This document shows positions 1 through 12,710 of a DNA stretch of 64,000 bases, piece by piece. Below the pieces are notes generated by a model. The model was not told the DNA's origin and did no database searches. It saw only the letters and a program-made list of their open reading frames with translations. Origin of the DNA: Azolla caroliniana (taxonomy: Eukaryota; Plantae; Polypodiophyta); assembly GCA_043228905.1 (NCBI GenBank), contig JBHGNT010000010.1, forward strand, positions 5,084,001-5,148,000, given 5' to 3'. Each line of letters starts with the position of its first letter. Within the stretch, counting starts at the first letter, position 1. Both the position numbers and the translations under genes were made by a program.

Positions 1-272
1 AGCAATGGACCAAATACATCCCCATTCATGATAAAGTGCAATGTGGGAATATACTTGCCCTTGTCTATATGATGGATAAACACAATTACACAAAAGACTT
101 CTGTATTTCAAGATGGATGCACCCAAAATTACAAGAATTCCAGCGAGAAATCAGCACAAAACCAGTTCAACTAGCACAATTGCCGATGTGCTAAAATACC
201 TACCCATCATTATTACAATACAGTAGATATTTTGATAGTGTTATAACGTAAGATCGAACAAACTAGAGCCAT

Positions 273-1987
273 TTATCGGTTAGATTTTAGCAAGCTGAGC
301 AACATCAGGAAGAGATTTAAGATGTCTAGGTATAGCGCCACTGAAGCCCAAATATACTCATCATAGCTGAAACGTTGGATGAGGTTGTCGGTGTCAAAAA
401 TGATATAGCCACAGAATATAAGAGCACCTACTCCGGCGTATATCGATGTTGAAATGGGCCCTAGAGGGAAGAAAGCCTGCAGAACATATAATAAATCACA
501 TTCAACCCCAAGTAGACTCAAAAATGAAAAGAAGAACTCACAAAATGGCTTACACATTCAACCCAGGTGGGGCAGTAAAAAATTCACAGAATTAAAGAAC
601 TGTAAACTGTGTGTTACCTGAATGATGCCGAAGACAATGAGGATGATAAGGGATGTAAACAAGAAAGGGCCCATGAAGGAGAAATCATAGCCTTTCTTTG
701 CCGCCCAGAAAGTGTATGCAGTCAAAGATAGAACGACCACTGCTGTCAGAATCAAAGCTTCAAGAACTATGGCTCCTGATGATGAAAGAAAACAATAATC
801 AACCCACGAGTTAATTTAATTTTGAAACTCTAAGTACTATCCGACGATATGGATACTGATGAAATACTCAATCCAATGGAAATTAGTGCTATTGATATTC
901 TCACCACTAGTGAAGGCACAAGAGATACCAACAGAGCAGCTAAGGGCGATTGTGAAGATGCCAAGCAAAACGAGGTTTACCGGATGCTTCTGGCGATAAT
1001 AATACATGGGGCACATCACTGCAGCAACCACAAAATAAACAAATAGGTGAGTTACAATAATACCCTTGCATAAAAGGCCAAGCCACTATAATGTATTGGG
1101 CCTTGCACAAGGCCAAGTATATATATCCTGCACAAAGGCATAGACATGCCAAACAGGTACAATCTGCAAAAAAGATATAGTCATGGGGCATGGACAGCAG
1201 ACGTATAGCAACATTACCATTACCCAAAGCATGATGCAAATTCACAGCAATGGAAGTTCTTAAACACAGAGATACATGTATTAAATCATACACAAAAAGA
1301 TATAGTCATGGAGCATGGACAGCAGACATATAGCAACATTACCATTACCCAAAGCATTATGCACATTCACAGCCCATGGAAGATCTTAAATGCAAACATA
1401 CATGTATTCAATCATACACAAAAAGGCATAGTCATGGGGCATGGACTGCAGACATATAGCAACATTGCCATTACCCTAAGCATTATGCAAATTCACAGTC
1501 TATAGAAGATCTTAAATACACACATACATGTATTCAATCATACACACACATACATGTATTCAATCATACACACACATACATGTATTGAATTATACACACA
1601 CATACATGTATTGAATTATACACACACATACATGTATTCAATCATACGCATACGGGCGGCTGCGCACGCAGAGGCAAACATACATCCATACACAATAAGA
1701 GAGACAAGAAGAGAGGAAATCAAACCGATGAATGGCGTGAGGGCGACGACGTAGAGAATGGCAGGGGTATTGAGAAGGAACTGAGAGGTCGGGGTGTGGA
1801 GGACGACGAAGGATGCGACAATGGAGGTGAGGAGAAGCTGAATGCCGACAATGCCATAGACTTTGCGGATGAGGCCCCATCGCATCTCGCTCTCAGATGC
1901 AGAGATTCCCGGATATAGCACATCACCGCCCCCCTGTTGCTCCACATCATAGAATGAATTCCCCGGTTTGCCATATCCACCCAACAT
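273..1987 (-). CDS. LFG: LIFEGUARD / Bax inhibitor-1-like (TMBIM) membrane protein, 4 exons, ~245 aa
   Basis: Exons 1987-1726, 1018-905, 775-618 and 476-273 have GT-AG boundaries and join in frame (738 nt). Motifs LYPG..ESEMRWGLIRKVYGI, QKHPVNLVLLGIFT, YTFWAAKKGYDFSFMGPFL and YIIFDTDNLI.RFSYDEYIWASVALYLDILNLF are typical of plant LFG/BI1-like proteins. Confidence 0.93.
1168..1650. repeat. Intronic tandem repeats: three diverged ~125-bp units followed by ~26-bp ACACACATACATGTATT units
   Basis: The motif 'atagtcatgg(g/a)gcatggac..cagac.tatagcaacatt' recurs at ~1178, ~1302 and ~1428. Short units follow at ~1515-1645. Confidence 0.85.
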
Positions 1988-2033
1988 CTCTCTCTCTCTG
2001 TGTGTGATTGCGTCTGTATATATATATGATCTC

Positions 2034-2200
2034 TTTGTATCTCGGTTTCTTTCTGTGCAGAAGGGAGATCTCTCTTTGTATCCTGTTTGGTCTGGGTCTG
2101 TGTGTATATATATATGATCTCTTTGTATCTCGGTTTCTTTCTGTGCAGAAGGTAGATCTCTCTTTGTATCCTGTTTGGTCTGGGTCTGGATCTGGGTCTG
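2034..2200. repeat. Tandem duplication (~69-bp unit) upstream of the LFG start, followed by TGGGTC repeats
   Basis: 'tgtatatatatatgatctctttgtatctcggtttctttctgtgcagaag..gatctctctttgtatcctgtttggtctgggtctg' occurs twice back to back. Confidence 0.75.
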
Positions 2201-2323
2201 GGTCTAGGTCAAGGGGAACGGGAAGAGGTAGGGGAAACGTGAGTCACGGTTTTGTTCTTCTCTGTATCTTTTGTTTTGTGAAGAAGCTACTATCTCTCTA
2301 TCCATGTCCACACACCGTACACG

Positions 2324-2427
2324 TATGTATGTATGTATGTATGTATGTATGTATGTATGTATGTATGTATGTATGTGTGTGTGTGTGTGTATGTCTGTAT
2401 GTATGTCGGTAGGTATGTATGTATATA

Positions 2428-2476
<49 letters not shown>

Positions 2477-2620
2477 ATGAAGCTTTTTTTGACCTTTTGA
2501 TGGGGCTACAAGGTTACCCCTGCTTTATGGAGGGTTTCAAGTGTCTATGTATATATGTGTCTACAAATGTATGTATGTATGTATGTATGTATGTATGTAT
2601 GTACAAATATGTGTGTATGT
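2324..2620. repeat. (TATG)n/(TG)n microsatellites
   Basis: Directly visible simple repeats. Confidence 0.9.
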
Positions 2621-2629
2621 ATTTAATTT

Positions 2630-2988
2630 ATTTTTATTTTTTTAAAGAAGATATCTTGTCATTAGTGTAAACATTTTACAAGATTTTTAAACTTTATGTG
2701 ATCCGCAAGGGAAACAACCACTTTGGAGGTTGAAAATGCCTAAAGGAGTACCATAATTGGATGTCACGAATGGAGTGGTTGTCCAGACGATAAGAAACTC
2801 ATGTCGTTGAGCAATTTTAGCATCAGAATCTCTAACTATACCATCCCATTGTCCCTTCAAAGTATAAACTATGTCTAACTAGATATTTGAAACCAATTCA
2901 GCTGGTGATGTTTTAATTTGATGGAAAATGAGAGAGCACCGAGCCTTCCAGATGTGATATATAGTGGTACTACTCAGTATCTCCCATA
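2630..2988 (-). mobile_element. LINE 3'-terminal fragment (left part; continues at 9337-9435 after the Copia insertion)
   Basis: The minus strand encodes SSTTIYHIWKARCSLIFHQ, a LINE ORF2 C-terminal 'IWK.RN..IF'-like motif, and ends in a T-rich (poly-A) tail. It is near-identical to the uninterrupted copy at 26005-26455. Confidence 0.7.
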
Positions 2989-3507
2989 TGATATGAAAAA
3001 CAGGAACTCGGCCACAACCGAGTCGAATGCAGAATAGGGAACAAGTAAATACTAAGAGACAACAAACTGATGGTACACAGGATATATCGTGGAAAACCCC
3101 AAAATAGGGTAAAAACCACGGGTGCCCACAGACACCGAACAAATCACTATAAGAAAGATGTACAATGACACGAACACGCATGCACCGACCTAAGATTGTT
3201 CACTTCGTCGATTGGCAGTTACGATAAAGGCACTCTTAGTGTCTCTCTATCTCTCACGCGCTTCATCTGTCCTAGCTATGGAGGCAACGACCACGCACGC
3301 ACAGTACTCAATTACACTCTACTGCACTCGACAAGATGATTCTCACACACACTCACCTTACAACTACTGTTTGCCCTAGTTATATTTATACTTAGATAAC
3401 TTTCGGGCTATTTACATGACTAGATTGAGAAGGCTTGACTCAAACCTATTTACATTTTCCTTTTGTCATGAATTCGGCCTATCCGAAAAGGGACCTAATT
3501 CCCAACA
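2989..3507 (-). repeat. 3' LTR of the degenerate Copia element
   Basis: Begins TG and ends CCCAACA next to the polypurine tract. Bases 3163-3507 match ~8992-9336. Confidence 0.9.
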
Positions 3508-6462
3508 AACTCCCCCTTCACTTCAGATGGGGCTTTACCAATCCAACCCGACTCCGACATGCTCCTAGTCTTTCTGTCGACAATACCTTTGTCAGCATGT
3601 CGGAACCGTTTTCTGATGTGTGGATCTTTGTTAGAGCAAACTCTCCTCCTTCTACCCACTCTCGGAGCCAATGATATCTTCTTTGAATATGCTTGGTCCT
3701 TGAGTGGTAGGCCACATGCTTCGCAAGGTGGATAACGCTTTGGTTGTCGTAGTAGAGTCGGAATTCACCTTGTCGAATTCCCATCTCTCCGACAAACTCC
3801 TTCATCCATATCATTTCCTTGCCGGCTTCAACGACTGCCATGTACTCGGCTTCCGTGGTCAATAGTGCCATGGCCTTCTATGACCTTGACTACCACGAGA
3901 GGACTCCCCTACACAAGTCATCACATACCCGGATGTGGACCGTCTGGTATCTACATTAGCCAACATATTCAAGTCGGTAAAGCCTTCTAACATGGGGTTA
4001 CCTAAACTGAATCGGAGACACATGCTCAAGGTGCCATTCAGGTATCGAAGTATCCACTTGACTGCAACCCAATGCTCTCTTCTGGGGTTGGTCATGAATC
4101 GGTTGACGACTTCGACAATATATCGAATGTTTGGTCGTGTACACACCATTCTGTACATCAAGTTTCTTATTGTTGAGGCATAAGGTACCTTCATCATCTC
4201 AGCTTTCTCCGTCTTTGTCTTCGAACATTGTGTCGACGATACCTTGCTATTTGTCAGGAGTGTCAAACCGACCGGTTTCCCACTTTCCATGCCGAATCGT
4301 TTGGGCATCTTTGCCACATATTTTTCTTGTGACATCCATAGCATCTTCTTTGGCTGATCTCGGACTATGTGTATCCCCAAGATTTGTTTTGCCAGACCCA
4401 TATCTTTCATTGAGAGTGACCTAATCAAGGCCTTCTTCAGAGTTCGAATCTTCACTTGGTCTCGTCCGACAATCAACATGTCATCCACATATAGCAGGAG
4501 AATAAGACAATCTCCTCTGTCGAACTTCTTCACAAACACATAGTGGTCGGCCTGTGTTTTGTGGTACCCTTGATCGGTCATGAAGGATTCAAACTTCTGG
4601 TACCATTGTTAGGGAGCCTGCTTCAGTACATAAAGGCTCTTCCTCAACCGACACACCAGATTCTCCTTCCCTTTCTTGATGAATCCTTCTAATTGTTGCA
4701 TATAGATTGCTTCCTCTAGATCCCCATGCAGAAGTGTCGTCTTGACATCCATTTGTTTGACTTCTAGATCCAAGTTTGCCACTATGCTCAACACTGTTTA
4801 GATGGAGGTCATTTTTACCATCGAGGCAAACATTTCGTCGAAATCTACACCCTTCTTTTGTTGAAAACCTTTTACGATGATTCTGGCTTTATATATGGGT
4901 GGATTCCCGCCATCTCCCGATTTCAGCTTATATGTGCCCTCTTTCCTTTTGGCAACTCGGTCAACTCATATGTGTAGTTCTCATGCAAGGAATCCATCTC
5001 GTCCCGCATGGCACTTATCCACTTGCGGTTGTGGGTATCCCTCTTTGCTTCCTCAAAGCTTTCCGGCTCCCCCTCGTCGGTTAGCAACACATGCTCTTCA
5101 TTCGAAAATCAGCGGGGGGCTCTTCTTTCTCTTATAGGGTATCGTCTCTCACCATCCGACACAATTGGCTCCTCTTCGACTTCTTTAGTCAGTTCTTCAT
5201 CCGAGTCGAAGTCATGTACTTCTTCATCTTCGTCGGATCCGACTCCATGTCCAACTCTGGCCTCCGACTATCGACCCGAATTCGGTCGACTCTCCATGTT
5301 CTTCAATCAGTTGTCGACTTCCAACTGTTCAGGAGGATGTGCTCTTCTCTGACTCCCAGTTGACAATAGTCTTTTCCTCCATGAAGACTATGTCTCGGCT
5401 CCGAACGGCCTTTTTGTCGACGAAGTCCCATAGTCGGTAGCCAAATTCGTCGTCTCCATATCCAAGGAATATGCATGGCCGAGTTTTCGGGTCTAGTTCT
5501 CCCTGTTTTTTCTTTGCAATATGCACATAGGCAAGACAGTCAAACACCTTCAAATGCCAATACGAAACATCTTTCCCGGTCCACACTCTTTGTCCCCTCT
5601 TTGTGGTATATGTCCGTCCAAGGGTGCCCAAGGTAATTTGTTTATCACGTACGTTGATGTCATTAGCGCCTCTGCCCAAAACGTCTTGGACAAGTTAGCA
5701 TGTGCAAGCATACTTTGGACCCTCTCCATAATGGTCTAATTCATCCTCTCGGCCAGCCCGTTCAGCTCTGGCATCTTCGGCACGGTGTATTCGAGCCGAA
5801 TTCCCTTCAATTGGCAATACTCCTCGAACTGCCCTCGGTATTCACCTCCATTGTCAGCTCGAACTACCTTTAGCTTCTGGTCAATTTCTCTCTTGACTCT
5901 CGCATGAAGCTCCTTGAAGACGGACAATACCTAGTCCTTCGTCTTCAACGTGGAGACCCACAACTTTCGGCTATGGTCATCTATGAAGGTCACAAAGTAT
6001 TGTGATCCAGCATGTGACTTCATGTCCACGGAGCATACATCGGTATGCACGAGTTCAAGTTGTGCCTTCTGTCTCATCAGTGATCTCGATCAGAAGGAGG
6101 TTTTGTTCTGCTTGTCAACCAAGCAATCGGTGCACTTCTCAAGTTGCACGTTCTTCACCTTCGGAATGAGGTTATCATCGGCAAGTCTCTGCATCCCCTT
6201 CTCACTCATGTGGCACAGTCGTTTGTGCCACAGATCATCGGCAACGTCGGCTGCCGCATTTTCCTCCGACCGACATATCCAAGCACGCATCAAATATAGA
6301 GTGTTGGTCTTTTCAGCTTGGGCCACAATCAGGCTTCCTTTGCTGATCATGACGTCATTCCGGATGCTACATGTGTAGCCTTCATCATCCAGCCAACCGG
6401 CTGATATCAGGTTCAATTGAACCTTCGGAACGTGTCAGACATCTTTTAGTACTAGTTGACAC

Positions 6463-7541
6463 TAGGGATCGGCAACGGTTCGGTTTAGGCTTAGCCGGTT
6501 TGGCTTGATCCAAGCCAAACCGGCTAAGCCTAAACCGTTTACAGGATCTCAAACCTGAGCCGAGCCGGTTCACAAACCGGTTAGGCTAAACCGGTTTATG
6601 CTAAACCGGTTTGTGAACCGGCTTGGTAAACGGCTTGTAAACCGGTTTCCAAACCGGCTTGGAAACCGGTTTAGAAACCTCCCTCTCTCTCTCTCTCTCC
6701 CTACCTCCCTCTCTCTCAAATGATCCACTATATACTATATACTATATACTATACATTGTACAAGCTCTCCCTCCCACTCTCTCTCACGTCTGTGGTCTCG
6801 ACTCTCTCTCCCTCTCCCTCTCTCTCCCCTCTATGTAGTTCCTCTCTCTCTCTCACGTCTATGGTCTCGACTCTCCCTCTATCTCTCTCTCTCTCCCCTC
6901 TATGTAGTTCCTCTCTCTCTCTCTCTCTCCCTCTCTGTAGTCTCTCTCTCTCTCCCTCTCTGTAGTCTCTCTCTCTCTCCCCTCTATGTAGTTCCTCTCT
7001 CTCTCTCTCTCCCCTCTGTGTAGTCTCTCTCTCTCTCCCCTCTATGTAGTTCCTCTCTCTCTCTCTCTCTCCCCTCTGTGTAGTCTCTCTATCTCTCTCT
7101 CTCTCCCCTCTGTGTAGTCTCTCTCTCTCTCCCCTCTATGTAGTTCCTCTCTCTCTCTCTCTCTCCCCTCTGTGTAGTCTCTCTATCTCTCTCTCTCTCC
7201 CCTCTGTGTAGTCTCTCTATATATATCTCTCTCTCTCTCTTCCCTCTGTGTAGTCTCTCTCTCCTTATATGTTGTCTCCCTCCCTCTGTCTCTCTCTCCT
7301 CGTCTATGTAGTTCTCCCTCCCTCACTCTCACTCTCTCTCTCTTTCCCCTTGTCTTTTGTCTCTCTCCCCCTCTCTAAAGTTTATAAACGGCTTAAACGG
7401 TTTATCCGGCTTAGCCGGCTTGAGCCGGTTTGGCGAGGCTCAAGCCAAGCCGAGCCGAGCCGAGCCGCTAAGCCGCTAAGTCGTTTTCAAGCCGGCTAAG
7501 CCAAACGGTTTAGGCTTGAGCCGAGCCGTTGTCGATCCCTA
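6463..7541. mobile_element. Non-autonomous hAT (Ac/Ds-like) MITE, complete
   Basis: TIRs TAGGGATCG...CGATCCCTA and perfect 8-bp TSD GTTGACAC (6455-6462 / 7542-7549). Many subterminal AAACCG/AGCCG motifs and a CT-rich interior. Confidence 0.93.
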
Positions 7542-7632
7542 GTTGACACCCAGTCGACATTACCAGGCACACATCTCTGATGCCGACAGTTCGGCATTAA
7601 CCTTCATTTCCCATCCTTACAAGGCCATGGTC

Positions 7633-8233
7633 TCCAAGCCAAACCAGCTAAGCCTAAACCGTTTTGGGGATCTCAAACTTGAACCAAACCGGTTCACAAA
7701 CCGGCTTAGGCTAAACTGGTTTGGTAAACGGCTTAGAAACCAGTTTCCAAACCGGCTTGGAAACCTCCCTCTCTCTCTCTCTCTCTCTCTCACAGATGAT
7801 CCACTATATAGTATACATTGTACAAGCTCTCCCTCCCACTCTCTCTCTCACGTTTGTGTGGTCTCGACTCTCTCTCTCTCTCTCTCTCTCTCCCCTTATC
7901 TGTTGTCTCCCTCCCTCTCTTTCTCTCTCCTCGTCTGTGTAGTTCTCCCTCTCTCTCTCTCTCTCTCTCCTCGTCTGTGTGGTTCTCCCTCCCTCTCTCT
8001 CTCTCCCTCTCTCTCTCTCCCTCTCTCTCTTTCCCTCTCTCTCTTTCCCCTTGTCTATTGTCTCCCTCCCTCCCTCTCTTTCTCTCTCTCTCTCCATCTC
8101 GCTCTAAAGTTTCTAAACGGCCTAACCGGCTTGAGCCGGTTTGGCGAGGTTCGAGCCGAGCCGAGCCGCTAAGCTGCTTTAAGCCGGATAAACCAAACGG
8201 TTCAGGCTTGAGCCGAGCCATTGTCGATCCCTA
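7633..8233. mobile_element. Second copy of the same hAT MITE, left end deleted
   Basis: Right TIR CGATCCCTA ends at 8233. The sequence begins at the internal 'tccaagccaaacc' of the family. Confidence 0.88.
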
Positions 8234-8991
8234 TTGTTGGGGGTTAGATGGAATGATGCGCCCGAGTCGACTGCCCGTGTTGATTCATCGTCGACAAGGT
8301 TTACTTTGTTCTGCTCACTTATGAGCAACAATTCTTCCTCACTTGTCGTGATTGCCGACATTCCTTTTTGGTCCGAACTCTTCTTCGAGTCGGCACTATC
8401 GGCTTCCCCTTTTTCCTTTCAGAAGTGTCGACAATTCTTCTGGAATTGCCCCGGCTTCCCACAGTAGAAGCACATGGGCCTCCCCCTTGACTTCAACCTT
8501 GTCCCCAACTTCTCTCGGTTTTGGGGACTCCTGTTTCGGCCTCTGAGCCTCTCCCCGATGTGTGTCACTTTCCGTGACTAGGGCCTTTAGGTCAAGAATT
8601 GGCTCCTTGTCCTTCCAACGAGCTTCCTCATCCAACCAGCTCGATTTTACTCTGGCTAGAGATAAGTGCATCCCTTCCAGTCCGGCATTGCCCAATGCAA
8701 CGACTAGCATCTCCCAGCTATCTGGAAGGGATCTGAGCAACAACAATGCCAGTACCTCATCGGCTAAAGGTACTTTGAGTGAGGTAGTCTGGTTTATTAG
8801 CCCCTGGAAGGTGTTCATGTGCTCTGCCATATTAGCGCCATCCTAATACATGAATCTCACTATTTTTCGGAATACTGAGACTCGATTCATGACATTTTTG
8901 TTCTCCAACATAATGTCAATCTTCTCCTAGAGTTCATGAGCCTTGTTCTCTTCATTGAAGTTGTTGTATAGGCTCATCTCGATGAAGCATC

Positions 8992-9336
8992 GAATGACAT
9001 GAACACACAGGCACCAACCTAAGATCGTTCACTTCGTCGAGTGGCGGTTGCGATAGAGGCACTCTCAGTGTCTCTCTATCTCTCACACGCTTCGTCTGTT
9101 CTAGCCATGGAGGCAACGATCTCGCACGCACAGTACTCAGTTACACTCTATTGCACTCAACAAGCCAATTCTTACACACTCTCACCTTACAACTACTATT
9201 TGCCCTAGTTATCTTTATACTTAGATAAATTTCAAGCTATTTACATGACTAGCCTAAGAAGGCTCGACTCGAACCTATTTACATTTTCCTTTTGTCATGA
9301 ATTCGGCCCATCCAAAAAGGGACCTAATTCCCAACA
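8992..9336 (-). repeat. Truncated 5' LTR of the degenerate Copia element
   Basis: Homologous to 3163-3507. The inner part of the LTR, the PBS and the gag start are missing. Confidence 0.85.
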
Positions 9337-9435
9337 TCATACTGGTTGGACTTCCTTTCGTATTCCTGAATACTATAATGACAACAATGGTAATGTATGA
9401 ACACTTCCAGATTTAGTGTAAAATCCATGGTCCAT
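9337..9435 (-). mobile_element. Continuation of the LINE fragment split by the Copia insertion
   Basis: 'catactggttggacttcctttcgtattcctgaa...tttagtgtaaaatccatggtcca' matches 26355-26455. Confidence 0.7.
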
Positions 9436-10086
9436 AGATTCGGTGTCATAATGGAACGCCTCACAGACAAGTGATGTCCAAACCACCATGACCTATATGA
9501 AAACCAATGGGGGAAAATAGTTACCAAGTGATATATGTATGTTTATACATATAGATAATAAAAAATGCATGCATGCATGTGTGTGTACGAACGTACGTAC
9601 GTATGCATGTATATTGCCCATAGAAATCACAAGTACTCAATCAATCCTCTTGTCGGCATCGCCCCAACACCTCATCGTCGACAGATCGCTATTTATTATC
9701 ACCCTCCCATTATATGCATTATTACCTTTGACAACAATGTTTAGAGAGAGAGAGAGAGAGAGAGAGGTATTGGGGGCTATGGTTCAATTGGAATATGCGG
9801 AATGCCTTCATTTTTTATTCGCAAGTTGGGGTGAGAAAATATGTTCTAAAGTTAAAGGACTTCTTTTGTGGCAATTGACAGTGCTAGAGAAGTCATGAAA
9901 TCTCAACCAGGAAGAGAGAGAACTCTCCAAGGTCACATATCATCATACTCGCCATTTGAATTGGTGTGTAGGGTGGCATTGAGTTTGGTGTCGTAGTATT
10001 CTTTATATCCCTATATAGGAGGGTTCTATACTTTGTAGTAAGTTAGTCATGGTGGTGTTTTTTGTTTCGTAATGAAAGCCATTATT

Positions 10087-10131
<45 letters not shown>

Positions 10132-12710
10132 ATGTTCCACTACCTGTGTAGTCAGTTAGTGGGTGACCATACTCTATCATGACTCCCATTGCAAGTAGTG
10201 TTTTTCACACACATTTATTAATATAATTGTGTGTTTTCACCAAGTGAGAGAAGAGATAGACAAACATACAAAGAGAGATAAGGGGGTCAAACATTGTTTT
10301 TGCAAGCGACTACTAATCGCTAGTGCCATCATTCCATTGAGTCTATTCGAATGGAGACAATCTAAGGCTTAACAAGAATGGGTTATCATCTGATGCTTAT
10401 AAAAAATTGAAGGATTGTGGATGGTCACAAATCTTTAAATGTAATTGGCACTTTTAGCAAAGGTCTTTACCTTGAGAATATTGATCGAGGATTTGTCTTG
10501 GTATTAGCTCTAAGGAGACATAAAATTGCCTCTTTGTCATTGTTCTAAGTGGAAAACAATGCTTATCGTTACATACAATGTCTTATCGCTTGGCAACTTT
10601 TGAGTTACATTTCTAAGATTTAGCAAGTATTGCCACATTGTTACTTGATACCAAGACAATCAACGTTTGCACAATTCAAATTGAAATCAGAGTTGGAAAT
10701 TATTTTTCTATTTCTACATTATTTGGGGATCTCATCATAATTTGGATATTTGCAATATCTATGTATGGATGGTAGGCATGGAGTTAGAGCATATCTCCCT
10801 AAGTTAAAGGAAGTCTTGATGAAGAAAAAATAATTTATTGGAGCAAGTAAAATTTATTTCCTCAATATTTTGTTTTAAGTCACCTATTGGCGATTTATCA
10901 TGTCCCACTATTCGTGCAGTGGTGACATCACTCAATTGTGCTATAATTGTAGTGTTTCTCACTCACATTTTTTAATATAAATGTCCATTTTCACCATAGA
11001 GAGAGAGAGAGAGAGAGAGAGAGAAGCAATCTTGGGACCCCTTTTTCCATATGCACTTTTGGATCATTAGCCATGGGTAGGGTAGGGTAGGGCTAGTAGG
11101 GGCAACCTTACCATCCTTGTAGAAATAAGGGTTTAGATAGATTTTTTTGAATAGTGAGAACGTTGGGAGCACAAAGGTTCAATGTTTGGCAATCTATAAC
11201 ACATGTGGCCTCATGACTTTAGTAAAAATAAGATTGTAGGGGGAAATGTTAAGTTGATAGAATTAAAATTAGGGATGTTATATGTCAGGATGATCAACAT
11301 TCCTCATTGATAGAGGAACAAATGCACAAGTTAGATATGCAATGTGCAATATTGGATGGATTATTCATGCAATTTGACATTGACGGAGGCATTGGCACAA
11401 TCTACGGGTCATTTTATAGTATCAACAATGGTAAAGTTGGGTCTTGGCCCATGTATGATTTTCTTTTATGCAAATAATCTCTTCTCATTCTTGATTGCTA
11501 CATAATTTACTCTTAGGAATCAAGAAAATTAATGAATGGCCACATAATTGAGTCTTAGCAATCAAGAAAACCAATGGATGCTTGGTGAGTGCTTTGTTAC
11601 ATACCACCACAACTTCTGCATTAGTTTTGGATAATTGATTGAGCATTGACATATAAATGGCTTAATTTTGTAACATGTTGCAACACAAGTTATTGATGCT
11701 GAAATTTTACAATGCCTACTACCAAGTTAAATGTTGATTCTAGAAGGTATTATCCACTTGGGCTGAATGCGTCTTATAATTCGTAAGAGAGAAGTTAACT
11801 TATATGGGGAGATGCAACACGGCTAAATCATTCAAGATTGCCAAAAAAATAATTATTAGGACACATACAAGTTTCTTCATTAACATGGAGGAAAGATCAT
11901 GAGGATGGGTTCCAAGACATGCATACATTTTGAATACACAAGTCCATATTGCCACTTGTACTCTTATCAAATATATAACATATAGCTCAAAATTATGCAG
12001 ATATTATGGTGTTACCAAAGTACAAAAAGGCTTCTCAGCAATCATATTCCCAAGTGGTTCTCAAGATTCAGACTATCATTTACCATTGTTCATCAAGTTA
12101 TAACAGAACACAGTTTTTTAATCATTCCACATGCTTATCCCCGCTTTCTAGATTATCCTTTCTAAGCAAATAACCCCAATTTGTTCAAAACTTGATCTCA
12201 TTGCCACTTTTCTTTTTGCGTGAACTTGATCATCCTATTGGTTTGTTGAATGGATTTGAAATGGTAAGTGAACATCCATACTATTATAATAATACCTATG
12301 CTAAAAATATGAGACATCTATGCATATCATGATTGGATCACTTAAGTCTATTTTCAACCCATAACACAAAAAAGTGTCTGCGAATGTCTTAAAGGTAGTC
12401 AAAGAGCTCATCCAATCAATGGTGGATCATACACATGAACATTGAGAGAGGGTCCTACGGCTCACAAAACATCAGTGCCAATAGCATCTAAATTAAATAC
12501 CAAAACAAAAAACAATGCGATTCCTCAAAATGGTTTCATTAGAAGTAGATTTTGTCAAAATCATAGTATTTATACAATAAATCTTTCTCAAAAAGGCTTT
12601 TAAAATGAACAGCTTAAAAAAAACATCAGCTAGTTACTTCGTCACACTTGCCATTTCTTGTACTCATTAGGAAATTTGAGATTGAGAGGGTGGGTTTCTA
12701 ATCTATTCTC

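Larger units (their letters stand above)
2989..9336 (-). mobile_element. Degenerate Ty1/Copia LTR retrotransposon
   Basis: 3' LTR 2989-3507 (TG...CA) with PPT at 3508-3517; truncated 5' LTR ~8992-9336; TSD ccata/tcata. Gag, protease (DSGASFH), integrase (DNGGEY, NGLAERMN), RT (QMDVKT, YVDDML) and RNase H (YHSRTKHI) occur in Copia order, with many stops and frameshifts. Confidence 0.95.

Noticed and set aside
6720-8324. Ser/Leu- and Glu/Arg-rich ORFs
   Set aside because: Translations of CT tracts inside the MITEs.
9900-12600. AT-rich region that may be a decayed transposon
   Set aside because: No convincing motif in any frame.
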